58,266 nucleotides of DNA from a virus. Taxonomy: Duplodnaviria > Caudoviricetes. Under the pieces are notes generated by a model. The model was not told where the DNA came from. It searched no databases and was given only the letters and a program-made list of their open reading frames with translations. The position numbers and the translations under genes are program-made. The stretch spans positions 1 through 58,266 of the IMG/VR virus record IMGVR_UViG_3300027782_002369. One strand, 5' to 3'. This document shows positions 45,288-54,467 of the stretch, one piece after another. Each line of letters starts with the position of its first letter. The stretch's first letter is position 1.

Positions 45288-45295
45288 TATAAATA
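45288..45295 (+). promoter_or_regulatory. Late promoter TATAAATA
   Basis: Exact match heading the internal-protein block. Confidence 0.85.
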
Positions 45296-45339
45296 AGGAA
45301 CTGGCAACCAAAGTGTGTTGCAATCTGAAGGGAAAAATA

Positions 45340-46560
45340 ATGCAGAAGTTTTTATCATTCTTAAAAGAAGAAACTGAAGAAGTTTCAACTCTAAAGCATA
45401 TACATCATGCTGAAGATCGTCCATTAATGCATGGCCACCAGGGTTTTGAACACGCTTTTGGTGCTTTAAACCAAGCTCATGCACACATCACTTCCGGACA
45501 CCAAAACAGTAACCTAACGATGAAATATGATGGTTCTCCATCAATCGTTTTTGGTCATCATCCTAAAAATGGTAAATTCTTTGTGGCCACCAAGTCGGCC
45601 TTCAACAAAAACCCCAAGATCAATCATACAGATAAAGATATTGAAAAAAACCATGGCCATGCACCAGGTTTAGTAAAAACACTTAAACACGCTTTAAAAC
45701 ATCTACCAAAAGTAACACCTAAAACTGGTGTATATCAAGGCGATTTGATGCACCATGCTGACACTAAAACTCTCCATGAGAGTTATATCGTAGAAGCCAA
45801 AGATTCTAAGGTATCATTTACACCCAATACAATCACTTATACTCCCAAAGAAAAGAGTGAGGCTGATAAAATTAAGAAATCTAAAGTTGGTGTAGTTGTA
45901 CATCAACAATATCACGGATCCGATATTGGCAGCATGTCTGTTTCTCCCCATCCCGATATGAGTAAGTTTAAAGAACATCCAGATGTACATTTACATGGTG
46001 CTGAACATGACACAAGTAAAGTAAAACATTCCGCTGAGAATGAAAAAACATTTCAGAAACACATGGCAGCTGCCAAAGATATACATGACACACAAGGTCA
46101 TAAAATGTATGATGCTATTCATCCAAAGCATTCTGGAGAAGCTGGTCATTTAGCAACTTACATAAATCATACAGTAAGAACAGATAAAGTTCCGAGTGTT
46201 GCCGGATTTAAATCTCATGTTGCTGCTCATTATGAAAAGAAAGCAGCTAAAGTATCTACTGATAAAGCAAAAGCTGCACATACAGCTGAAGGTGATAAAC
46301 AAGTTGCTCATGTTGAAAAAAATAAAGAACATTATGGTAACTTATTCTCGATGCATCATCATTTACACCAAGCCAAAAATGCTTTGGTCAATTCATTAGA
46401 AACTCATGAAGGTAGATATCACCACCACATCGATGGTAAGAAATCCAAACCTGAAGGTTTTGTAGTGAACCATAAACCAGAAGGTGGTAAAGAAGAACCC
46501 ACTAAATTGGTTAATCGTGCTGAGTTTGCTAAACAGAATTTATTAAAAGTTCGTAAATGA
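45340..46560 (+). CDS. DUF6267-like protein with ATP-dependent ligase motifs, His-rich
   Basis: TMKYDG (motif I), YQGDL (III), PEGFVV (IV), TKLVNR (V); N-terminus MQKFLSFLKEE; ATG 45340. Confidence 0.75.
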   Translation: MQKFLSFLKEETEEVSTLKHIHHAEDRPLMHGHQGFEHAFGALNQAHAHITSGHQNSNLTMKYDGSPSIVFGHHPKNGKFFVATKSAFNKNPKINHTDKDIEKNHGHAPGLVKTLKHALKHLPKVTPKTGVYQGDLMHHADTKTLHESYIVEAKDSKVSFTPNTITYTPKEKSEADKIKKSKVGVVVHQQYHGSDIGSMSVSPHPDMSKFKEHPDVHLHGAEHDTSKVKHSAENEKTFQKHMAAAKDIHDTQGHKMYDAIHPKHSGEAGHLATYINHTVRTDKVPSVAGFKSHVAAHYEKKAAKVSTDKAKAAHTAEGDKQVAHVEKNKEHYGNLFSMHHHLHQAKNALVNSLETHEGRYHHHIDGKKSKPEGFVVNHKPEGGKEEPTKLVNRAEFAKQNLLKVRK

Positions 46561-48338
46561 AATCATTCTTGGAAATAGTAGAAGAAAAAGATACAGGTAA
46601 ACATGCCGTGATGACTTATGGTCGCATGAATCCTCCGACCACAGGACATTTAAAAGTAATCGATAAAGTTAAAGAAATTGCTAAGAATGTTGGTGGTTCA
46701 CATCATGTTATTGTATCTCATACACAAGATGCTAAGAAGAATCCTTTATCTAGCGCACAGAAAGTTAAAACTCTGAAGCGGTATTCTCCAGATACTAATA
46801 TCGAGAAATCTTCAAAAGAACATCCTTCCATTTTTAGTCATGCTGAAAAGTTACATAAACAAGGCGTAACTCACCTTCATGTTGTCGTTGGTTCAGACCG
46901 TGTTAAAGAATTTAAAGATTCATTAAACAAATATAATGGTAAATCTAATAAAGAAGGTAAAGTACCTTATAATTTTAAAAAGATAACAGTACATTCTGCT
47001 GGTCAAAGAGATCCTGATGCTGAAGGTTCAGAAGGTATGTCTGGTACCAAAATGAGAGAACACGCAAAGAATAAAAACTTTGGTGAGTTTCGTAAAGGTG
47101 TTCCATCTCATGTATCAGATACTCATGCAAAAGAATTAATGCACGATACTCGTAAAGGTATGGGATTGCATGAATCGTATAGTCGTGGCCAGTTCAAAGC
47201 AATCTTTGTGACTGGTGGTCCAGGTTCCGGTAAAGATATTATCATCCGTGAGGCTATTGCTGAATCTAAGATTGTAGAGTTAAACTTTATTCAATCACAA
47301 GAATATTTGGGTGACAAACAAAAGTTATCTGAAAAAACTAGTGATTTCCGTAGAGAAGGTATTCGTAATCGTGGTCCATTGATTATTAATGGACCTGCTG
47401 ATGACCAAGATAGAATTGCTTACATTAAAGAAGAATTGGAAGAACTTGGTTACGAAACAATGATGATTTTTGTTGAAACCACCAATGAAACCAGTAAAGA
47501 AAGAAACTCTTTATTGTCCAGAATGATGGTTGAATCGGTTCGCCATGATAAATGGTTGAAATCTCAACAAAATACTAAATATTTCCAAGAATCATTTGCC
47601 GACTGTGTTACCTTTGATAATACTGGCAACCTAGATACCAAAGAAGAAGATATTCATTTTGTATATGAAAAAACAAATGAATTTTTAGATTCTGGTGTGG
47701 TAGGAGAAACAGCCGAAGATTGGTTGAATCGTAGAAGTAAATTAAATATTAATTCATTATTTAAGGAAAACAAAAATGTTAAAAGCACTAGCAGATTGGT
47801 TGAAACTAAAACCCAAATCGGAGAAAACGCTCCAGGACAACAACTCCAACGCAAGCTTGGAAAAGTCGATTCAGTCACAGACGGAGATGTTAAGTACAAC
47901 TCCGGCTACGACCCAAGAGGATACCACGAAGGCACCGGCGAAAGCTCCGGCCAAAAAGGTGGCCCCAAAGTCCAAGTCCTCCCCCAAGCCAAAGAGCCCA
48001 ACTTCCAAAAAGACAAAGAGAAAGTAAAAGCTCAAAAAGGTAAGATTTTTAATGTTTCAATGAGTAGGTCTGTAAACCAAGGAACAGGTATTGGCGACAC
48101 ATACAATTCCCGTGTTCCTGGTGTGACAGCAGGTTTAGGAAATCAAACTTATTCCGAACAGAAGTCATTTGGTTCATTTAGAAAAGTTAAAGAAGCAATA
48201 GATGATCCAGGTGCTAATGATATGGGAGTAGGTGGAGTATTAGGTGGTTCTACTAATAAAGAACCTTTAGTTACACCAGATGATGTTAAAATAAAAACAT
48301 CCGCAACGATTAAGAAAAAGAAAAAAAACGGAGATTAA
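46557..48338 (+). CDS. HxGH nucleotidyltransferase fused to a P-loop kinase-like domain
   Basis: YGRMNPPTTGH, KKNPL, VVGSDR, SAGQRDPD, MSGTKMR; then IFVTGGPGSGKD. Confidence 0.85.
   Translation: MKSFLEIVEEKDTGKHAVMTYGRMNPPTTGHLKVIDKVKEIAKNVGGSHHVIVSHTQDAKKNPLSSAQKVKTLKRYSPDTNIEKSSKEHPSIFSHAEKLHKQGVTHLHVVVGSDRVKEFKDSLNKYNGKSNKEGKVPYNFKKITVHSAGQRDPDAEGSEGMSGTKMREHAKNKNFGEFRKGVPSHVSDTHAKELMHDTRKGMGLHESYSRGQFKAIFVTGGPGSGKDIIIREAIAESKIVELNFIQSQEYLGDKQKLSEKTSDFRREGIRNRGPLIINGPADDQDRIAYIKEELEELGYETMMIFVETTNETSKERNSLLSRMMVESVRHDKWLKSQQNTKYFQESFADCVTFDNTGNLDTKEEDIHFVYEKTNEFLDSGVVGETAEDWLNRRSKLNINSLFKENKNVKSTSRLVETKTQIGENAPGQQLQRKLGKVDSVTDGDVKYNSGYDPRGYHEGTGESSGQKGGPKVQVLPQAKEPNFQKDKEKVKAQKGKIFNVSMSRSVNQGTGIGDTYNSRVPGVTAGLGNQTYSEQKSFGSFRKVKEAIDDPGANDMGVGGVLGGSTNKEPLVTPDDVKIKTSATIKKKKKNGD
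47776..48027 (+). CDS. Candidate overprinted histone-H1-like protein (83 aa)
   Basis: AAGGA RBS, ATG, amphipathic N-terminus, KAPAKAPAKKVAPKSK tail; local base composition shift. Confidence 0.55.
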   Translation: MLKALADWLKLKPKSEKTLQDNNSNASLEKSIQSQTEMLSTTPATTQEDTTKAPAKAPAKKVAPKSKSSPKPKSPTSKKTKRK

Positions 48339-48339
48339 A

Positions 48340-49782
48340 ATGTTTGCAAAAAGTAAAATAAGCCAATCAATGATTGATGCAGTTAATAAAGTTCTTGGTG
48401 AACAACCTGTAGAACAAAAGGATCAACTTCTTAATGAAGCTGGTGCACCAATCAAAGAACCTACACCTACAGGCGTAAGAGTGTATGGTAGTAGTTATGG
48501 TAATTCTGCTAAAGCAAAGAAAGACCAAACTAAATCTCCTGTTGATAATCTCAAAGGTCCAAAAGACAAAGAGATGAAAGAAGCTGCTAAACCAGATTTC
48601 TTAGACATGGACAAAGACGGTAACAAAAAAGAGCCAATGAAAAAGGCTGTTGCTGATAAGAACATGAAAGAAGAACTGAAAGGTAATCAAGATAAAATTG
48701 ATGCCAATAACAATAACAAGATTGATGGCCAAGATTTTAAAATTCTTAAAGCAAAGAAAAAAGTTAAAGAAGGTCGTGAATTTACTGAAAAACTTTTAGA
48801 AATGGTTCGTAAATCTGATGTGCCTGCTTATCTCCGTAAAGCAAAAGGCGACACACCATTGACTATGGCTGATGTTAAAGCTCCTAAGAAAGATTCTATC
48901 TCTGCTCCTGAAAATCTTGCTAAAGCTCGTAACGAAGAAGTTGAATTGAATGAAGCTTTAGACAATGGTTATAAAATCAAAATGAAACATTCTGACAAAG
49001 GTCGTATTCATGCTCCTACTGGTGAACACATTGGTGATGTTACCAAAGAAACTGGTGGTTGGAGATATCATGGAGGTCATCACTCCAAATGGTTGGGTAC
49101 TGAATCTGGACCACACTATAAAACTGGTGTAGAAAAAACAAAAGAAGCTGCGGCCAATAAAGTGGCACAAATACACCACTCATCATTAAGTGAAGAAGTT
49201 GAACACTTGAACGAAGATGATTTTGCTCACGCTAAAAAGCAAGGTTGGAGCGTTAGTCACCATTATCATCATACAAAAGTTACACATCCAAAACATGGTA
49301 TTGTTAGTATAGACCGTTATGGTGAGTGGATGCATCACCCTGACCAAGATTATCTTGGCCGTCCTAAAGGTGATTTGGTTGCTCATGGCCAATTTGATAA
49401 ATTAAATAAACATCTTTCTTCATTAAAAGAGGGATATGAACCTTCTGATGCTCCAATTACAACTGATACATTGGCTGGTCGTATGCCTGGTGGTAAATCA
49501 AACTCTTTCAAATCATTTAAAACTAGAGTTAAACCTTTAGCCAAACAAGAAGGAGAAACTGAAACTCCTGATACAAATAGTGCAGAAAAAACTTCAGCAA
49601 GATCCTCAATTAAAGCTGAAGAAGTTCAAGTTGAAGCAACTATTGCTGGTACTTCTGGTTGGGAACCAATGAAGAAAGATGTTAAAGATAAGTCTGGTGC
49701 AGTTCATACACCAATGAGCCGTGCAAAAGATTTAGCTCGTCAAGCATTTAAAACTGTTCAAAACAAAACTAAAGTAAAATAA
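48340..49782 (+). CDS. Putative internal head polyprotein
   Basis: Modules separated by LLNE/MKE/EEVELNE/EEVEHLNE linkers; DMDKDG and DANNNNKIDG EF-hand-like loops. Confidence 0.7.
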   Translation: MFAKSKISQSMIDAVNKVLGEQPVEQKDQLLNEAGAPIKEPTPTGVRVYGSSYGNSAKAKKDQTKSPVDNLKGPKDKEMKEAAKPDFLDMDKDGNKKEPMKKAVADKNMKEELKGNQDKIDANNNNKIDGQDFKILKAKKKVKEGREFTEKLLEMVRKSDVPAYLRKAKGDTPLTMADVKAPKKDSISAPENLAKARNEEVELNEALDNGYKIKMKHSDKGRIHAPTGEHIGDVTKETGGWRYHGGHHSKWLGTESGPHYKTGVEKTKEAAANKVAQIHHSSLSEEVEHLNEDDFAHAKKQGWSVSHHYHHTKVTHPKHGIVSIDRYGEWMHHPDQDYLGRPKGDLVAHGQFDKLNKHLSSLKEGYEPSDAPITTDTLAGRMPGGKSNSFKSFKTRVKPLAKQEGETETPDTNSAEKTSARSSIKAEEVQVEATIAGTSGWEPMKKDVKDKSGAVHTPMSRAKDLARQAFKTVQNKTKVK

Positions 49783-51578
49783 TGAATCTAGCTAAAATAC
49801 TAAAAAGTATTGTTACGGAAGCAAATACTTTAAACGATTACTTAAGCTCTAGAGGTATCAATCCTAAATTTGTTTCTAGGGATACAAAGATATCTCATGC
49901 AAAGTCTGCTTTATTCCAAAAATGGAAAAGTGACCGTAAGATGGCAGAAGAAACGATATTGGAAGCTAGTGAATCTGAATTGTTAGCTAAGTATTTAAAT
50001 TCCCGTGGTATCAATCCAAAATTTGCTACCAAAGATATGAAGATTGCTCATTCTAAATCTGGTGAATTTATGAAATGGAAAAGAGACCATCAGCATTTTG
50101 AGTTGGATGAAGGTGTCGATAAAAAAGATACAGTAGTATTAGATATTCCTTTATTAATTCGTGTACTGGAATTAGCAAGAGAAGATATTAAAAGCGATAT
50201 GGATTTACACCGTGTTGTTGAGAAATTAATCTCAATTCGTAATAAAGGTGTATTAACCATGGATGATTATAATACAATCGCCAATATCAATGAAAATCAT
50301 ATTGCTATCGCTATGGGTAATATGTTAGATGATGAAGGCAGTATGGTACTAAGTCAGTTAGAACAACTGGAGAGAGCTATTACTATGATTCGCTCTTATG
50401 TTGGTAAAGACTATGAGAAACAATTACCAGCATGGGTTCAGGCTAAGATAACTCTAGCCACAGATTATGCCGATACCGTTGGTAACTACATCACCAGTAA
50501 AAATGAAAAGGTCACAGAAGAAGTTAAGAAACCAACAGGCGAATTAAAAACTGCTTGTTGGAAAGGTTATACTGCTGTTGGTCTAAAAAAGAAAAATGGT
50601 AAATCAGTTCCCAATTGTGTACCAGAAGAAACTGAAATTACTGAAGCCAAAATGCCAAGAACTACTGCTTTAGATAGATGGCGTAAAGCTGCAGCTGAGA
50701 GAGAAATCAAACACAACAATATTGAAAAGCAACGTCAAGAAAAGTTACATCAGGATCCTTCTAAAGTAACTATACCTGTGGCCAATACACAAAAAGATGA
50801 TTTGACCACGGCTATTGACCGTTTAGAAAAGCATCTGAATAAAGAAGAAATTGAACTTGATGAAATGATTAATGAAGTTCTAGGTAAAGACGCTTCAGCA
50901 GGTGATTGGATTCACGACTTTATTCATTCAGACAATCCTAAGTTTGCAGGTAAATCTAAAGCTGAACGCAAGAAGATGGCTCTTGGTGCTTACTATGGTA
51001 AACAAAATGAAGAATTCGAACAATTGGATGAACTCAAAAAGTCCACAGTATTCTCTTGGTTAAAACAACAACCAGTTGTACCTGTAAGAAAACCAGGTAG
51101 CGATAGGGTATCATATAATCAAAAAGTTAAAAACCACAGTAAGAGTTGGAATAGAGCTTTAGACCGCTTAGCTGGTTACAAGCCAACAAGCGAGAACACA
51201 TTAGATTCTTTAGCTGCAACAGAAGCACCATGTGATAATTCAGATATGACAAATGGTACCACTTCCAAAGCAGCAAAAATGGTAAAAGATTTAAAGAAGA
51301 AAACCGTTAAAGAAGAAACTTATGATTGGGAGAAAGATGATAAATCTTCCATGCAAAAACCATATGGTAAGGCACCAAAAATCAATGTAACCGATAAAAA
51401 GGGTACGTTAGGTGACACTAAACCAGAAGCAAGAGCAGTAATGAAAGGTGGTACAACTCTGACTGGTCAACCAAGAGATATGGTTGAGATTGATCCATCC
51501 ATGACACAAAGACCAGGTCAAGATAAAGGTCAAAGTACTTTTACTAGTCCCACCGGTAAGAAGTCACCGTCACTTTAA
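49782..51578 (+). CDS. Putative internal head polyprotein
   Basis: Duplicated YLxSRGINPKF module, LPAWVQAKIT, CWKGY..VPNCVPE, WIHDFIHSDNPKFAGKS; ELDE/QLDE linkers. Confidence 0.7.
   Translation: MNLAKILKSIVTEANTLNDYLSSRGINPKFVSRDTKISHAKSALFQKWKSDRKMAEETILEASESELLAKYLNSRGINPKFATKDMKIAHSKSGEFMKWKRDHQHFELDEGVDKKDTVVLDIPLLIRVLELAREDIKSDMDLHRVVEKLISIRNKGVLTMDDYNTIANINENHIAIAMGNMLDDEGSMVLSQLEQLERAITMIRSYVGKDYEKQLPAWVQAKITLATDYADTVGNYITSKNEKVTEEVKKPTGELKTACWKGYTAVGLKKKNGKSVPNCVPEETEITEAKMPRTTALDRWRKAAAEREIKHNNIEKQRQEKLHQDPSKVTIPVANTQKDDLTTAIDRLEKHLNKEEIELDEMINEVLGKDASAGDWIHDFIHSDNPKFAGKSKAERKKMALGAYYGKQNEEFEQLDELKKSTVFSWLKQQPVVPVRKPGSDRVSYNQKVKNHSKSWNRALDRLAGYKPTSENTLDSLAATEAPCDNSDMTNGTTSKAAKMVKDLKKKTVKEETYDWEKDDKSSMQKPYGKAPKINVTDKKGTLGDTKPEARAVMKGGTTLTGQPRDMVEIDPSMTQRPGQDKGQSTFTSPTGKKSPSL
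49830..50082 (+). repeat. Tandem duplicated ~34-aa module
   Basis: LNDYLSSRGINPKFVSRDTKISHAKSALFQKWK versus LAKYLNSRGINPKFATKDMKIAHSKSGEFMKWK; boundaries approximate. Confidence 0.8.
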
Positions 51579-51624
51579 TTAATAGATAAATAGTACTATA
51601 ACCCGAGGTTAAAAGGAGAAAAAA

Positions 51625-52263
51625 ATGCCATTATGGGGAAATACAGACGCTAATACAGCGAAACCACGATTTTCAGAACTACGTCAAGTTCGGTTGTCAG
51701 CGACTGCAACAGCTGCTAACACTGGAGTTCTTGCGGGAGCTGCTTCAGGAAACACAGTAATTACTGTAGCAAATGGTACAGGTACTATTGTTATAGGACA
51801 ATTTGTTTATGGAGGAAATGTTTCACAAATTAATTCTTCGGGACAACGTGATTTCTTTAAGGGAAATAATACTGTTCTTTCAGTTGTTGGAGGTAATTTT
51901 GGTACTTCTAATGTTGTATTAAGCTCTCCTGTTACAGCTTTGGTAACCAACGGAACATCACTCACTTTTGATACTGCAATAACTTACAATTCAAATGTTG
52001 CCAACACTTTCTTTAGTGATACTATTTTGGTAACTTCAACTCGTATGGCTAACACTTCTGGTACTACTGGTCGTGGAGGTTCTACCGTGGCTAATACACT
52101 ACTTGGTTCTGTCAATCAAGGATGGAATCGTATTACTCGTAAAATCAATAACGATGGTACAATTCGTTTCCTTAAAGAAACATTGATTGCTTTAGCTAAT
52201 TCTTCAGCAGCAAATGCAAGTTCTGCCAATACTAGTTCAAACGCTATCTTTGGTGGTCTGTAA
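51625..52263 (+). CDS. Virion structural protein (fibre/decoration-like)
   Basis: MPLWGNTD start, T/S/N/G/A-rich beta body, GW..R..ETLIAL end; GATAAATA late-like promoter at 51585-51592. Confidence 0.7.
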   Translation: MPLWGNTDANTAKPRFSELRQVRLSATATAANTGVLAGAASGNTVITVANGTGTIVIGQFVYGGNVSQINSSGQRDFFKGNNTVLSVVGGNFGTSNVVLSSPVTALVTNGTSLTFDTAITYNSNVANTFFSDTILVTSTRMANTSGTTGRGGSTVANTLLGSVNQGWNRITRKINNDGTIRFLKETLIALANSSAANASSANTSSNAIFGGL

Positions 52264-52286
52264 TTAAAGTTTTTTGATTTTATTAG

Positions 52287-52311
52287 AAATGGGAGCTACG
52301 GCTCCCATTTT
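52287..52311 (+). terminator. Terminator-like hairpin
   Basis: AAATGGGAGC-TACG-GCTCCCATTT-T; C(UACG)G loop. Confidence 0.8.
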
Positions 52312-52331
52312 CATCTGAAAGAATAATAATA

Positions 52332-52718
52332 ATGTTTGATGATTTAAATGATGAAAACTTTATGATATATGCAATGAAGTGTTATTCAGCACCAAATTGT
52401 ATTATGTCAGAATTTGAAGGAGATATCAAACGAACCAAATATCTGAAAAGGTTGTTTCGTAGATATAAAACTTCAAAGTCATTAAAAGAACGATTGATAT
52501 TAAATCACATCATTCTATTGAATAATGTTTTTGGATTAGAACCAACAGCAAGAATATTATTTTATAGAATTGATGAAAGAGATTATGATATATTGAAAAC
52601 GTTTTTGTGTTACTTAAACATAATGCCAGAAGTTGTTCTTGGCATTAAAGGTAAAAACATTTATTCGGCTGAAATTCCGGTTGAGATTAATATCGCAGAG
52701 ATACTACTAAAGATATGA
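52332..52718 (+). CDS. Conserved T4-like hypothetical protein
   Basis: NFMIYAMKCY, KYLKRLFRRY, LKERLILNHIILLNNVFG. Confidence 0.8.
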   Translation: MFDDLNDENFMIYAMKCYSAPNCIMSEFEGDIKRTKYLKRLFRRYKTSKSLKERLILNHIILLNNVFGLEPTARILFYRIDERDYDILKTFLCYLNIMPEVVLGIKGKNIYSAEIPVEINIAEILLKI

Positions 52719-53197
52719 AAACATTCAAACAATACTTAGAAGAAGCTTGCTGCTGTGTTACAGCCTTAGAAAAAGGTTTAAAGAAGTTGGATAACCACGA
52801 TTATGATTCAATTAATAAATTAATGATGGATATATCTAAAAAAGGTAATACCACAGGCAAAGATTTACACGATGATTTTGTGGCCAAACACGGAAAAACT
52901 CCTGATGATTGGATTAAAGAACACATAGAAGAATCAGCTGCTTGGCAAAGAAAAGCAGGTAAGAATCCTGAAGGCGGATTAAATCGTAAAGGTATTGCTT
53001 CTTATCGTAGAGAAAATCCTGGTTCTAAACTATCAATGGCTGTCACAACACCTCCATCAAAATTGGATCCAGATTCTAAAGCAGCAAAGCGTAGAAAATC
53101 ATTCTGTGCTCGCATGGGTGGTATGCCAGGTCCTATGAAGAAACCCAACGGTGAGCCAACTCGTAAAGCACTATCATTAAGAAAGTGGAACTGCTAA
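52715..53197 (+). CDS. Putative internal head protein
   Basis: MKTFKQYLEE N-terminus; AWQRKAGKNPEGGLN...RRKSFCARM...SLRKWNC. Confidence 0.75.
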   Translation: MKTFKQYLEEACCCVTALEKGLKKLDNHDYDSINKLMMDISKKGNTTGKDLHDDFVAKHGKTPDDWIKEHIEESAAWQRKAGKNPEGGLNRKGIASYRRENPGSKLSMAVTTPPSKLDPDSKAAKRRKSFCARMGGMPGPMKKPNGEPTRKALSLRKWNC

Positions 53198-53454
53198 TGA
53201 AAACATTTAAACAATATTTGGATGAAAAAGGTAGATGTTGGACTGGTTATAAACCTGTTAAGGGTAAGAAACCTTTTTCTGATAATAGTTGTGTCAAAGA
53301 AGATGGAATGGGTGGTGCTGTATCAGCAGGACCAACTAATGCTGTGAGTTCTGGTGCAATTGCAGGTTCTGGTGGTAAAGGTGGTGAACCTGGTGTATCT
53401 AAGAAAAGAAATCCCGTAATGATGGGAATAGAACGTAGAAAAGCACCACAATAA
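53197..53454 (+). CDS. Putative internal head protein
   Basis: MKTFKQYLDE N-terminus; CWTGY...SCVKE; TAATG coupling. Confidence 0.72.
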   Translation: MKTFKQYLDEKGRCWTGYKPVKGKKPFSDNSCVKEDGMGGAVSAGPTNAVSSGAIAGSGGKGGEPGVSKKRNPVMMGIERRKAPQ

Positions 53455-53456
53455 TT

Positions 53457-53936
53457 ATGTGGTTTCTTTTGTCATTTGTTCCTAATTGGTTTGTTGAATA
53501 CTTTGTCCATATTATTTTTGGATTGGGTTTTTCTGGTTTAGTAACTGGAATGTTTTTAAGTAAGATTCCATTTATTAGTCAGTATGGATTTTTAATTAAA
53601 ACCGTTTCTACTGTATTACTTGTTATTGGTATTTTCTTAGAAGGTGGATTAACAACCGAAATGTCATATCGTGCCAAAATTGCTGATATGGAAGCAAAAG
53701 TAAAGATTGCTGGAGAACAATCAAAAAAAGAAAATCTTAAATTAGAAAAAAAGTTGAATGAAAATGTTGAATTTATTAAAAAGAAATCTGATGAAAATAA
53801 ACAAGCAATTGAATCAAATCGCTCTAGTATTAATGCTGAGTGTAAGCTTTCTGATACTGCCTGGATGCTCTACAACCGTAGCAGTCAAAATGCCATGGCC
53901 GGAAGTACCAGCAAATCTAATGGAACCAGCAAGTGA
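53457..53936 (+). CDS. Inner-membrane spanin (Rz-like)
   Basis: N-terminal TM segments, periplasmic coiled coil, C-terminal Cys; overlapped by a lipoprotein gene. Confidence 0.7.
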   Translation: MWFLLSFVPNWFVEYFVHIIFGLGFSGLVTGMFLSKIPFISQYGFLIKTVSTVLLVIGIFLEGGLTTEMSYRAKIADMEAKVKIAGEQSKKENLKLEKKLNENVEFIKKKSDENKQAIESNRSSINAECKLSDTAWMLYNRSSQNAMAGSTSKSNGTSK

Positions 53937-54090
53937 TTTAAAGCCTTTACCAGAAGATAAGAAAACTTTAACCGATTTATTAGAAAACGCCAACGACAAC
54001 TATAGTAGTTATTATACACTAAAAGAAAAGTATAATAGTTGGATAGAGTGGTATAAGATGCAGAAAACAATATATGAAGGTGTAAAATGA
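53791..54090 (+). CDS. Outer-membrane spanin (Rz1-like lipoprotein)
   Basis: Lipobox ILPG-C, Pro-rich WPEVPANLMEP, NY..Y....W..W; +1 frame overlap. Confidence 0.75.
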   Translation: MKINKQLNQIALVLMLSVSFLILPGCSTTVAVKMPWPEVPANLMEPASDLKPLPEDKKTLTDLLENANDNYSSYYTLKEKYNSWIEWYKMQKTIYEGVK

Positions 54091-54467
54091 AAAGAATTCT
54101 TATTTCGTTATTTGCACTACAACTATCGGGATGTGCTTTGTGGGATATCTACAACTTATCGAGTTATGACACAAATGAATATGCTTTGGTTAATAAGGTA
54201 AGAACAATTGCTCAAACATCCAAAGTATGTGACGAAGTAACAGTTAAGAACTTATATCTGACAACTGTAGAATTGAATAACTTTAGTCAATATGTAAAAG
54301 GTAACAATTCTTCAAATATTAAGATGAATGAAGGTTTACTTAAAATTGTAACCGAACTATATGATAGAGAGCAACCAGTTCCATCGGCCTATTGCAAAGC
54401 AAAACTAAATATAATTGGTATTTCAGCAGAAAGAATCCAACAAGTTACAGGAAGCAAGCAAAAATGA
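54087..54467 (+). CDS. Lipoprotein
   Basis: MKRILISLFALQLSG-C lipobox; two further Cys. Confidence 0.8.
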   Translation: MKRILISLFALQLSGCALWDIYNLSSYDTNEYALVNKVRTIAQTSKVCDEVTVKNLYLTTVELNNFSQYVKGNNSSNIKMNEGLLKIVTELYDREQPVPSAYCKAKLNIIGISAERIQQVTGSKQK

